DNA of 64,000 bases from Eledone cirrhosa (taxonomy: Eukaryota): assembly GCA_964016885.1 (NCBI GenBank), contig OZ024744.1, positions 53,072,001 to 53,136,000 of the forward strand, in the 5' to 3' direction. The notes under the pieces were generated by a model. The model saw nothing but the letters and a program-made list of their open reading frames with translations. It had not been told where the DNA came from and ran no database searches. The translations under genes and the position numbers were made by a program. Positions within the stretch are counted from its first letter, which is position 1, and every line of letters starts with the position of its first letter. Below are positions 1-15,000 of this stretch, piece by piece.

Positions 1-3000
1 GACCAGTAAACATATCAACTACAAGACTACACCAGCACCTCTCTCTCAGTCTAGTGACAAGTGTAAGCCATGTGACCAGTAAACACATCAACTACAAGAC
101 TACACCAGCACCTCTCTCTCAGTCTAGTGCCAAGTGTAAGACATGTGACCAGTAATCATATCAACTACAAGACTACACCAGCACCTCTCTCTCAGTCTAG
201 TGACAAGTGTAAGTCATGTGACCAATAAACATATCAACTACAAGACTACACCAGCACCTCTCTCTCAGTCTAGTGACAAGTGTAAGACATGTGACCAGTA
301 AACATATCAACTAGAAGACTACACCAGCACCTCTCTCTCAGTCTAGTGACAAGTGTAAGCCATGTGACCAGTAAACACATCAACTACAAGACTACACCAG
401 CACCTCTCTCTCAGTCTAGTGCCAAGTGTAAGACATGTGACCAGTAATCATATCAACTACAAGACTACACCAGCACCTCTCTCTCAGTCTAGTGACAAGT
501 GTAAGACTTGTGACCAGTAAACATATCAACTACAAGACTACACCAGCCCCTCTCTCTAAGTCTAGTGACAAGTGTAAGACATGTGACCAGTAAACATATC
601 AACTACAAGACTACACCAGCACCACTCTCTCAGTCTAGTGACAAGTGTAAGACATGTGACCAGTAATCATATCAACTACAAGACTACACCAGCACCTCTC
701 TCTCAGTCTAGTGCCAAGTGTAAGACATGTGACCAGTAATCATATCAACTACAAGACTACACCAGCACCTCTCTGTCAGTCTAGTGACAAGTGTAAGACA
801 TGTGACCAGTAAACATATCAACTACAAGACTACACCAGCCCCTCTCTCTAAGTCTAGTGACAAGTGTAAGACATGTGACCAGTAAACATATCAACTACAA
901 GACTACACCAGCACCACTCTCTCAGTCTAGTGACAAGTGTAAGACATGTGACCAGTAATCATATCAACTACAAGACTACACCAGCACCTCTCTCTCAGTC
1001 TAGTGACAAGTGTAAGCCATGTGACCAGTAAACACATCAACTACAAGACTACACCAGCACCTCTCTCTCAGTCTAGTGACAAGTGTAAGTCATGTGATCA
1101 GTAAACATATCAACTACAAGACTACACCAGCACCTCTCTCTCAGTCTAGTGACAAGTGTAAGACATGTGACCAGTAAACATATCAACTACAAGACTACAC
1201 CAGCACCACTCCCTCAGTCTAGTGACAAGTGTAAGACATGTGACCAGTAATCATATCAACTACAAGACTACACCAGCACCTCTCTCTCAGTCTAGTGACA
1301 AGTGTAAGACATGTGACCAGTAAACACATCAACTACAAGACTACACCATCACCTCTCTCTCAGTCTAGTGACAAGTGTAAGACATGTGACCAGTAAACAT
1401 ATCAACTACAAGACTACACCAGCACCTCTCTCTCAGTCTAGTGACAAGTGTAAGACATGTGACCAGTAAAAATATCAACTACAAGACTACACCAGCACCT
1501 CTCTCTCAGTCTAGTGACAAGTGTAAGACATGTGACCAGTAAACATATCAACTACAAGACTACACCAGCCCCTCTCTCTCAGTCTAGTGACAAGTGTAAG
1601 ACATGTGATCAGTAAACACATCAACTACAAGACTACACCAGCACCTCTCTCTCAGTCTAGTGACAAGTGTAAGACATGTGACCAGTAAACATATCAACTA
1701 CAAGACTACACCAGCACCTCTCTCTCAGTCTAGTGACAAGTGTAAGACATGTGACCAGTAAACATATCAACTACAAGACTACACCAGCACCTCTCTCTCA
1801 GTCTAGTGACAAGTGTAAGACATGTGACCAGTAAACATATCAACTACAAGACTTCACCAGCACCTCTCTCTCAGTCTAGTGACAAGTGTAAGACATGTGA
1901 CCAGTAAACATATCAACTACAAGACTACACCAGCACCACTCTCTCAGTCTAGTGACAAGTGTAACTCATGTGACCAGTAATTACATCAACTACAAGACTA
2001 CACCAGCCCCTCTCTCTCAGTCTAGTGACAAGTGTAAGACAGGTGACCAGTAATTACATCAACTACAAGACTACACCAGCACCTCTCTCTTAGTCTAGTG
2101 ACAAGTGTAAGGCATGTGACAAGTAAACACATCAACTAGAAGACTACACCAGCAGCACTCTCTCAGTCTAGTGACAAGTGTAAGACATGTGACCAGTAAA
2201 CATATCAACTACAAGACTACACCAGCACCACTCTCTCAGTCTAGTGACAAGTGTAAGACATGTGACCAGTAAACATATCAACTACAAGACTACACCAGCA
2301 CCACTCTCTCAGTCTAGTGACAAGTGTAAGCCATGTGATCAGTAAACATATCAACTACAAGACTACACCAGCACCTCTCTCTCAGTCTAGTGACAAGTGT
2401 AAGACATGTGACCAGTAAACATATCAACTACAAGACTACACCAGCACCTCTCTCTCAGTCTAGTGACAAGTGTAAGACATGTGACCAGTAAACACATCAA
2501 CTACAAGACTACACCAGCACCTCTCTCTCAGTCTAGTGACAAGTGTAACTCATGTGACCAGTAAACATATCAACTACAAGACTACACCAGCACCTCTCTC
2601 TCAGTCTAGTGACAAGTGTAAGACATGTGACCAGTAAACATATCAACTACAAGACTACAACAGCACCACTCTCTCAGTCTAGTGACAAGTGTAAGACATG
2701 TGACCAGTAAACATATCAACTACAAGACTACACCAGCACCTCTCTCTCAGTCTAGTGACAAGTGTAAGACATGTGACCAGTAAACATATCAACTACAAGA
2801 CTACACCAGCACCACTCTCTCAGTCTAGTGACAAGTGTAAGCCATGTGACCAGTAAACACATCAACTACAAGACTACACCAGCACCTCTCTCTCAGTCTA
2901 GTGACAAGTGTAAGACATGTGACCCGTAAACATATCAACTACAAGACTACACCAGCCCCTCTCTCTCAGTCTAGTGACAAGTGTAAGACTTGTGACCAGT

Positions 3001-6000
3001 AATTACATCAACTACAAGACTACACCATCACCTCTCTCTCAGTCTAGTGACAAGTGTAAGACTTGTGACCAGTAAACACATCAACTACAAGACTACACCA
3101 GCACCTCTCTCTCAGTCTAGTGACAAGTGTAAGACATGTGACCAGTAAACATATCAACTACAAGACTACACCAGCCCCTCTCTCTCAGTCTAGTGACAAG
3201 TGTAAGACATGTGACCCGTAAACATATCAACTACAAGACTACACCAGCCCCTCTCTCTCAGTCTAGTGACAAGTGTAAGACTTGTGACCAGTAAACATAT
3301 CAACTACAAGACTACACCAGCCCCTCTCTCTCAGTCTAGTGACAAGTGTAAGACATGTGACCAGTAAACATATCAACTACAAGACTACACCAGCCCCTCT
3401 CTCTCAGTCTAGTGACAAGTGTAAGACTTGTGACCAGTAAACACATCAACTACAAGACTACACCAGCACCTCTCTCTCAGTCTAGTGACAAGTGTAAGAC
3501 ATGTGACCAGTAAACATATCAACTACAAGACTACACCAGCCCCTCTCTCTAAGTCTAGTGACAAGTGTAAGACATGTGACCAGTAAACATATCAACTACA
3601 AGACTACACCAGCACCACTCTCTCAGTCTAGTGACAAGTGCAAGACATGTGACCAGTAAACATATCAACTACAAGACTACACCAGCACCACTCTCTCAGT
3701 CTAGTGACAAGTGTAAGACATGTGACTAGTAAACATATCAACTACAAGACTACACCAGCACCTCTCTCTCAGTTTAGTGACAAGTGTAAGACATGTGACC
3801 AGTAAACATATCAACTACAAGACTACACCAGCACCTCTCTCTCAGTCTAGTGACAAGTGTAAGACATGTGACCAGTAAACATATCAACTACAAGACTACA
3901 CCAGCACCTCTCTCTCAGTCTAGTGACAAGTGTAAGCCATGTGACCAGTAAACACATCAACTACAAGACTACACCAGCACCTCTCTCTCAGTCTAGTGCC
4001 AAGTGTAAGACATGTGACCAGTAATCATATCAACTACAAGACTACACCAGCACCTCTCTCTCAGTCTAGTGACAAGTGTAAGTCATGTGACCAATAAACA
4101 TATCAACTACAAGACTACACCAGCACCTCTCTCTCAGTCTAGTGACAAGTGTAAGACATGTGACCAGTAAACATATCAACTAGAAGACTACACCAGCACC
4201 TCTCTCTCAGTCTAGTGACAAGTGTAAGCCATGTGACCAGTAAACACATCAACTACAAGACTACACCAGCACCTCTCTCTCAGTCTAGTGCCAAGTGTAA
4301 GACATGTGACCAGTAATCATATCAACTACAAGACTACACCAGCACCTCTCTCTCAGTCTAGTGACAAGTGTAAGACTTGTGACCAGTAAACATATCAACT
4401 ACAAGACTACACCAGCCCCTCTCTCTAAGTCTAGTGACAAGTGTAAGACATGTGACCAGTAAACATATCAACTACAAGACTACACCAGCACCACTCTCTC
4501 AGTCTAGTGACAAGTGTAAGACATGTGACCAGTAATCATATCAACTACAAGACTACACCAGCACCTCTCTCTCAGTCTAGTGCCAAGTGTAAGACATGTG
4601 ACCAGTAATCATATCAACTACAAGACTACACCAGCACCTCTCTGTCAGTCTAGTGACAAGTGTAAGACATGTGACCAGTAAACATATCAACTACAAGACT
4701 ACACCAGCCCCTCTCTCTAAGTCTAGTGACAAGTGTAAGACATGTGACCAGTAAACATATCAACTACAAGACTACACCAGCACCACTCTCTCAGTCTAGT
4801 GACAAGTGTAAGACATGTGACCAGTAATCATATCAACTACAAGACTACACCAGCACCTCTCTCTCAGTCTAGTGACAAGTGTAAGCCATGTGACCAGTAA
4901 ACACATCAACTACAAGACTACACCAGCACCTCTCTCTCAGTCTAGTGACAAGTGTAAGTCATGTGATCAGTAAACATATCAACTACAAGACTACACCAGC
5001 ACCTCTCTCTCAGTCTAGTGACAAGTGTAAGACATGTGACCAGTAAACATATCAACTACAAGACTACACCAGCACCACTCCCTCAGTCTAGTGACAAGTG
5101 TAAGACATGTGACCAGTAATCATATCAACTACAAGACTACACCAGCACCTCTCTCTCAGTCTAGTGACAAGTGTAAGACATGTGACCAGTAAACACATCA
5201 ACTACAAGACTACACCATCACCTCTCTCTCAGTCTAGTGACAAGTGTAAGACATGTGACCAGTAAACATATCAACTACAAGACTACACCAGCACCTCTCT
5301 CTCAGTCTAGTGACAAGTGTAAGACATGTGACCAGTAAAAATATCAACTACAAGACTACACCAGCACCTCTCTCTCAGTCTAGTGACAAGTGTAAGACAT
5401 GTGACCAGTAAACATATCAACTACAAGACTACACCAGCCCCTCTCTCTCAGTCTAGTGACAAGTGTAAGACATGTGATCAGTAAACACATCAACTACAAG
5501 ACTACACCAGCACCTCTCTCTCAGTCTAGTGACAAGTGTAAGACATGTGACCAGTAAACATATCAACTACAAGACTACACCAGCACCTCTCTCTCAGTCT
5601 AGTGACAAGTGTAAGACATGTGACCAGTAAACATATCAACTACAAGACTACACCAGCACCTCTCTCTCAGTCTAGTGACAAGTGTAAGACATGTGACCAG
5701 TAAACATATCAACTACAAGACTTCACCAGCACCTCTCTCTCAGTCTAGTGACAAGTGTAAGACATGTGACCAGTAAACATATCAACTACAAGACTACACC
5801 AGCACCACTCTCTCAGTCTAGTGACAAGTGTAACTCATGTGACCAGTAATTACATCAACTACAAGACTACACCAGCCCCTCTCTCTCAGTCTAGTGACAA
5901 GTGTAAGACAGGTGACCAATAATTACATCAACTACAAGACTACACCAGCACCTCTCTCTTAGTCTAGTGACAAGTGTAAGGCATGTGACAAGTAAACACA

Positions 6001-9000
6001 TCAACTAGAAGACTACACCAGCAGCACTCTCTCAGTCTAGTGACAAGTGTAAGACATGTGACCAGTAAACATATCAACTACAAGACTACACCAGCACCAC
6101 TCTCTCAGTCTAGTGACAAGTGTAAGACATGTGACCAGTAAACGTATCAACTACAAGACTACACCAGCACCACTCTCTCTCAGTCTAGTGACAAGTGTAA
6201 GACATGTGACCAGTAAACATATCAACTACAAGACTACACCAGCACCTCTCTCTCAGTCTAGTGACAAGTGTAAGCCATGTGATCTGTAAACATATCAACT
6301 ACAAGACTACACCAGCACCTATCTCTCAGTCTAGTGACAAGTGTAAGACATGTGACCAGTAAACATATCAACTACAAGACTACACCAGCACCTCTCTCTC
6401 AGTCTAGTGACAAGTGTAAGACATGTGACCAGTAAACACATCAACTACAAGACTACACCAGCACCTCTCTCTCAGTCTAGTGACAAGTGTAACTCATGTG
6501 ACCAGTAAACATATCAACTACAAGACTACACCAGCACCTCTCTCTCAGTCTAGTGACAAGTGTAAGACATGTGACCAGTAAACATATCAACTACAAGACT
6601 ACAACAGCACCACTCTCTCAGTCTAGTGACAAGTGTAAGACATGTGACCAGTAAACATATCAACTACAAGACTACACCAGCACCTCTCTCTCAGTCTAGT
6701 GACAAGTGTAAGACATGTGACCAGTAAACATATCAACTACAAGACTACACCAGCACCACTCTCTCAGTCTAGTGACAAGTGTAAGCCATGTGACCAGTAA
6801 ACACATCAACTACAAGACTACACCAGCACCTCTCTCTCAGTCTAGTGACAAGTGTAAGACATGTGACCAGTAAACATATCAACTACAAGACTACACCAGC
6901 CCCTCTCTCTCAGTCTAGTGACAAGTGTAAGACTTGTGACCAGTAAACACATCAACTACAAGACTACACCAGCACCTCTCTCTCAGTCTAGTGACAAGTG
7001 TAAGACATGTGACCAGTAAACATATCAACTACAAGACTACACCAGCCCCTCTCTCTAAGTCTAGTGACAAGTGTAAGACATGTGACCAGTAAACATATCA
7101 ACTACAAGACTACACCAGCACCACTCTCTCAGTCTAGTGACAAGTGCAAGACATGTGACCAGTAAACATATCAACTACAAGACTACACCAGCACCACTCT
7201 CTCAGTCTAGTGACAAGTGTAAGACATGTGACTAGTAAACATATCAACTACAAGACTACACCAGCACCTCTCTCTCAGTTTAGTGACAAGTGTAAGACAT
7301 GTGACCAGTAAACATATCAACTACAAGACTACACCAGCACCTCTCTCTCAGTCTAGTGACAAGTGTAAGACATGTGACCAGTAAACATATCAACTACAAG
7401 ACTACACCAGCACCTCTCTCTCAGTCTAGTGACAAGTGTAAGCCATGTGACCAGTAAACACATCAACTACAAGACTACACCAGCACCTCTCTCTCAGTCT
7501 AGTGCCAAGTGTAAGACATGTGACCAGTAATCATATCAACTACAAGACTACACCAGCACCTCTCTCTCAGTCTAGTGACAAGTGTAAGTCATGTGACCAA
7601 TAAACATATCAACTACAAGACTACACCAGCACCTCTCTCTCAGTCTAGTGACAAGTGTAAGACATGTGACCAGTAAACATATCAACTAGAAGACTACACC
7701 AGCACCTCTCTCTCAGTCTAGTGACAAGTGTAAGCCATGTGACCAGTAAACACATCAACTACAAGACTACACCAGCACCTCTCTCTCAGTCTAGTGCCAA
7801 GTGTAAGACATGTGACCAGTAATCATATCAACTACAAGACTACACCAGCACCTCTCTCTCAGTCTAGTGACAAGTTTAAGACTTGTGACCAGTAAACATA
7901 TCAACTACAAGACTACACCAGCCCCTCTCTCTAAGTCTAGTGACAAGTGTAAGACATGTGACCAGTAAACATATCAACTACAAGACTACACCAGCACCAC
8001 TCTCTCAGTCTAGTGACAAGTGTAAGACATGTGACCAGTAATCATATCAACTACAAGACTACACCAGCACCTCTCTCTCAGTCTAGTGCCAAGTGTAAGA
8101 CATGTGACCAGTAATCATATCAACTACAAGACTACACCAGCACCTCTCTGTCAGTCTAGTGACAAGTGTAAGACATGTGACCAGTAAACATATCAACTAC
8201 AAGACTACACCAGCCCCTCTCTCTAAGTCTAGTGACAAGTGTAAGACATGTGACCAGTAAACATATCAACTACAAGACTACACCAGCACCACTCTCTCAG
8301 TCTAGTGACAAGTGTAAGACATGTGACCAGTAATCATATCAACTACAAGACTACACCAGCACCTCTCTCTCAGTCTAGTGACAAGTGTAAGCCATGTGAC
8401 CAGTAAACACATCAACTACAAGACTACACCAGCACCTCTCTCTCAGTCTAGTGACAAGTGTAAGTCATGTGATCAGTAAACATATCAACTACAAGACTAC
8501 ACCAGCACCTCTCTCTCAGTCTAGTGACAAGTGTAAGACATGTGACCAGTAAACATATCAACTACAAGACTACACCAGCACCACTCCCTCAGTCTAGTGA
8601 CAAGTGTAAGACATGTGACCAGTAATCATATCAACTACAAGACTACACCAGCACCTCTCTCTCAGTCTAGTGACAAGTGTAAGACATGTGACCAGTAAAC
8701 ACATCAACTACAAGACTACACCAGCCCCTCTCTCTCAGTCTAGTGACAAGTGTAAGACAGGTGACCAATAATTACATCAACTACAAGACTACACCAGCAC
8801 CTCTCTCTTAGTCTAGTGACAAGTGTAAGGCATGTGACAAGTAAACACATCAACTAGAAGACTACACCAGCAGCACTCTCTCAGTCTAGTGACAAGTGTA
8901 AGACATGTGACCAGTAAACATATCAACTACAAGACTACACCAGCACCACTCTCTCAGTCTAGTGACAAGTGTAAGACATGTGACCAGTAAACGTATCAAC

Positions 9001-12000
9001 TACAAGACTACACCAGCACCACTCTCTCAGTCTAGTGACAAGTGTAAGCCATGTGATCAGTAAACATATCAACTACAAGACTACACCAGCACCTATCTCT
9101 CAGTCTAGTGACAAGTGTAAGACATGTGACCAGTAAACATATCAACTACAAGACTACACCAGCACCTCTCTCTCAGTCTAGTGACAAGTGTAAGACATGT
9201 GACCAGTAAACATATCAACTACAAGACTACACCAGCACCTCTCTCTCAGTCTAGTGACAAGTGTAAGTCATGTGACCAGTAAACATATCAACTACAAGAC
9301 TACACCAGCACCTCTCTCTCAGTCTAGTGACAAGTGTAAGACATGTGACCAGTAAACACATCAACTACAAGACTACACCAGCACCTCTCTCTCAGTCTAG
9401 TGACAAGTGTAAGCCATGTGACCAGTAAACACATCAACTACAAGACTACACCAGCACCTCTCTCTCAGTCTAGTGACAAGTGTAAGTCATGTGACCAGTA
9501 AACATATCAACTACAAGACTACACCAGCACCTCTCTCTCAGTCTAGTGACAAGTGTAAGACATGTGACCAGTAAACATATCAACTACAAGACTACACCAG
9601 CACCTCTCTCTCAGTCTAGTGACAAGTGTAAGCCATGTGACCAGTAAACATATCAACTACAAGACTACACCAGCACCTCTCTCTCAGTCTAGTGACAAGT
9701 GTAAGACATGTGACCAGTAAACATATCAACTACAAGCCTACACCAGCACCTCTCTCTCAGTCTAGTGACAAGTGTAAGACATGTGACCAGTAAACACATC
9801 AACTACAAGACTACACCAGCACCTCTCTCTCAGTCTAGTGACAAGTGTAACTCATGTGACCAGTAAACATATCAACTACAAGACTACACCAGCACCTCTC
9901 TCTCAGTCTAGTGACAAGTGTAAGACATGTGACCAGTAAACATATCAACTACAAGACTACAACAGCACCACTCTCTCAGTCTAGTGACAAGTGTAAGACA
10001 TGTGACCAGTAAACATATCAACTACAAGACTACACCAGCACCTCTCTCTCAGTCTAGTGACAAGTGTAAGACATGTGACCAGTAAACATATCAACTACAA
10101 GACTACACCAGCACCACTCTCTCAGTCTAGTGACAAGTGTAAGCCATGTGACCAGTAAACACATCAACTACAAGACTACACCAGCACCTCTCTCTCAGTC
10201 TAGTGACAAGTGTAAGACATGTGACCAGTAAACATATCAACTACAAGACTACACCAGCCCCTCTCTCTCAGTCTAGTGACAAGTGTAAGACTTGTGACCA
10301 GTAAACACATCAACTACAAGACTACACCAGCACCTCTCTCTCAGTCTAGTGACAAGTGTAAGACATGTGACCAGTAAACATATCAACTACAAGACTACAC
10401 CAGCCCCTCTCTCTAAGTCTAGTGACAAGTGTAAGACATGTGACCAGTAAACATATCAACTACAAGACTACACCAGCACCACTCTCTCAGTCTAGTGACA
10501 AGTGCAAGACATGTGACCAGTAAACATATCAACTACAAGACTACACCAGCACCACTCTCTCAGTCTAGTGACAAGTGTAAGACATGTGACTAGTAAACAT
10601 ATCAACTACAAGACTACACCAGCACCTCTCTCTCAGTCTAGTGACAAGTGTAAGCCATGTGACCAGTAAACACATCAACTACAAGACTACACCAGCACCT
10701 CTCTCTCAGTCTAGTGACAAGTGTAAGTCATGTGATCAGTAAACATATCAACTACAAGACTACACCAGCACCTCTCTCTCAGTCTAGTGACAAGTGTAAG
10801 ACATGTGACCAGTAAACATATCAACTACAAGACTACACCAGCACCACTCCCTCAGTCTAGTGACAAGTGTAAGACATGTGACCAGTAATCATATCAACTA
10901 CAAGACTACACCAGCACCTCTCTCTCAGTCTAGTGACAAGTGTAAGACATGTGACCAGTAAACACATCAACTACAAGACTACACCATCACCTCTCTCTCA
11001 GTCTAGTGACAAGTGTAAGACATGTGACCAGTAAACATATCAACTACAAGACTACACCAGCACCTCTCTCTCAGTCTAGTGACAAGTGTAAGACATGTGA
11101 CCAGTAAAAATATCAACTACAAGACTACACCAGCACCTCTCTCTCAGTCTAGTGACAAGTGTAAGACATGTGACCAGTAAACATATCAACTACAAGACTA
11201 CACCAGCCCCTCTCTCTCAGTCTAGTGACAAGTGTAAGACATGTGATCAGTAAACACATCAACTACAAGACTACACCAGCACCTCTCTCTCAGTCTAGTG
11301 ACAAGTGTAAGACATGTGACCAGTAAACATATCAACTACAAGACTACACCAGCACCTCTCTCTCAGTCTAGTGACAAGTGTAAGACATGTGACCAGTAAA
11401 CATATCAACTACAAGACTACACCAGCACCTCTCTCTCAGTCTAGTGACAAGTGTAAGACATGTGACCAGTAAACATATCAACTACAAGACTTCACCAGCA
11501 CCTCTCTCTCAGTCTAGTGACAAGTGTAAGACATGTGACCAGTAAACATATCAACTACAAGACTACACCAGCACCACTCTCTCAGTCTAGTGACAAGTGT
11601 AACTCATGTGACCAGTAATTACATCAACTACAAGACTACACCAGCCCCTCTCTCTCAGTCTAGTGACAAGTGTAAGACAGGTGACCAATAATTACATCAA
11701 CTACAAGACTACACCAGCACCTCTCTCTTAGTCTAGTGACAAGTGTAAGGCATGTGACAAGTAAACACATCAACTAGAAGACTACACCAGCAGCACTCTC
11801 TCAGTCTAGTGACAAGTGTAAGACATGTGACCAGTAAACATATCAACTACAAGACTACACCAGCACCACTCTCTCAGTCTAGTGACAAGTGTAAGACATG
11901 TGACCAGTAAACGTATCAACTACAAGACTACACCAGCACCACTCTCTCAGTCTAGTGACAAGTGTAAGCCATGTGATCAGTAAACATATCAACTACAAGA

Positions 12001-15000
12001 CTACACCAGCACCTATCTCTCAGTCTAGTGACAAGTGTAAGACATGTGACCAGTAAACATATCAACTACAAGACTACACCAGCACCTCTCTCTCAGTCTA
12101 GTGACAAGTGTAAGACATGTGACCTGTAAACACATCAACTACAAGACTACACCAGCACCTCTCTCTCAGTCTAGTGACAAGTGTAACTCATGTGACCAGT
12201 AAACATATCAACTACAAGACTACACCAGCACCTCTCTCTCAGTCTAGTGACAAGTGTAAGACATGTGACCAGTAAACATATCAACTACAAGACTACAACA
12301 GCACCACTCTCTCAGTCTAGTGACAAGTGTAAGACATGTGACCAGTAAACATATCAACTACAAGACTACACCAGCACCTCTCTCTCAGTCTAGTGACAAG
12401 TGTAAGACATGTGACCAGTAAACATATCAACTACAAGACTACACCAGCACCACTCTCTCAGTCTAGTGACAAGTGTAAGCCATGTGACCAGTAAACACAT
12501 CAACTACAAGACTACACCAGCACCTCTCTCTCAGTCTAGTGACAAGTGTAAGACATGTGACCAGTAAACATATCAACTACAAGACTACACCAGCCCCTCT
12601 CTCTCAGTCTAGTGACAAGTGTAAGACTTGTGACCAGTAAACACATCAGCTACAAGACTACACCAGCACCTCTCTCTCAGTCTAGTGACAAGTGTAAGAC
12701 ATGTGACCAGTAAACATATCAACTACAAGACTACACCAGCCCCTCTCTCTAAGTCTAGTGACAAGTGTAAGACATGTGACCAGTAAACATATCAACTACA
12801 AGACTACACCAGCACCACTCTCTCAGTCTAGTGACAAGTGCAAGACATGTGACCAGTAAACATATCAACTACAAGACTACACCAGCACCACTCTCTCAGT
12901 CTAGTGACAAGTGTAAGACATTTGACTAGTAAACATATCAACTACAAGACTACACCAGCACCTCTCTCTCAGTTTAGTGACAAGTGTAAGACATGTGACC
13001 AGTAAACATATCAACTACAAGACTACACCAGCACCTCTCTCTCAGTCTAGTGACAAGTGTAAGACATGTGACCAGTAAACATATCAACTACAAGACTACA
13101 CCAGCACCTCTCTCTCAGTCTAGTGACAAGTGTAAGCCATGTGACCAGTAAACACATCAACTACAAGACTACACCAGCACCTCTCTCTCAGTCTAGTGCC
13201 AAGTGTAAGACATGTGACCAGTAATCATATCAACTACAAGACTACACCAGCACCTCTCTCTCAGTCTAGTGACAAGTGTAAGTCATGTGACCAATAAACA
13301 TATCAACTACAAGACTACACCAGCACCTCTCTCTCAGTCTAGTGACAAGTGTAAGACATGTGACCAGTAAACATATCAACTAGAAGACTACACCAGCACC
13401 TCTCTCTCAGTCTAGTGACAAGTGTAAGCCATGTGACCAGTAAACACATCAACTACAAGACTACACCAGCACCTCTCTCTCAGTCTAGTGCCCAGTGTAA
13501 GACATGTGACCAGTAATCATATCAACTACAAGACTACACCAGCACCTCTCTCTCAGTCTAGTGACAAGTGTAAGTCATGTGACCAATAAACATATCAACT
13601 ACAAGACTACACCAGCACCTCTCTCTCAGTCTAGTGACAAGTGTAAGACATGTGACCAGTAAACATATCAACTACAAGACTACACCAGCACCACTCTCTC
13701 AGTCTAGTGACAATTGTAAGCCATGTGACCAGTAAACACATCAACTACAAGACTACACCAGCACCTCTCTCTCAGTCTAGTGACAAGTGTAAGACATGTG
13801 ACCAGTAAACATATCAACTACAAGACTACACCAGCCCCTCTCTCTCAGTCTAGTGACAAGTTTAAGACATGTGACCAGTAAACACATCAACTACAAGACT
13901 ACACCAGCACCTCTCTGTCAGTCTAGTGACAAGTGTAAGACATGTGACCAGTAAACATATCAACTACAAGACTACACCAGCCCCTCTCTCTAAGTCTAGT
14001 GACAAGTGTAAGACATGTGACCAGTAAACATATCAACTACAAGACTACACCAGCACCACTCTCTCAATCTAGTGACAAGTGTAAGACATGTGACCAGTAA
14101 TCATATCAACTACAAGACTACACCAGCACCTCTCTCTCAGTCTAGTGACAAGTGTAAGACATGTGACCAGTAAACACATCAACTACAAGACTACACCAGC
14201 ACCTCTCTCTCAGTCTAGTGACAAGTGTAAGCCATGTGACCAGTAAACATATCAACTACAAGACTACACCAGCACCTCTCTCTCAGTCTAGTGACAAGTG
14301 TAAGACATGTGACCAGTAAACATATCAACTACAAGACTACACCAGCACCTCTCTCTCAGTCTAGTGACAAGTGTAAGACATGTGACCAGTAATCATATCA
14401 ACTACAAGACTACACCAGCCCCTCTCTCTCAGTCTAGTGACAAGTGTAAGACATGTGACCAGTAAACATATCAACTACAAGACTACACCAGCCCCTCTCT
14501 CTCAGTCTAGTGACAAGTGTAAGACATGTGACCAGTAAACATATCAACTACAAGACTACACCAGCACCTCTCTCTCAGTCTAGTGACAAGTGTAAGTCAT
14601 GTGATCAGTAAACATATCAACTACAAGACTACACCAGCACCTCTCTCTCAGTCTAGTGACAAGTGTAAGACATGTGACCAGTAAACATATCAACTACAAG
14701 ACTACACCAGCACCACTCTCTCAGTCTAGTGACAAGTGTAAGACATGTGACCAGTAATCATATCAACTACAAGACTACACCAGCACCTCTCTCTCAGTCT
14801 AGTGACAAGTGTAAGACATGTGACCAGTAAACACATCAACTACAAGACTACACCATCACCTCTCTCTCAGTCTAGTGACAAGTGTAAGACATGTGACCAG
14901 TAAACATATCAACTACAAGACTACACCAGCACCTCTCTCTCAGTCTAGTGACAAGTGTAAGACATGTGACCAGTAAAAATATCAACTACAAGACTACACC

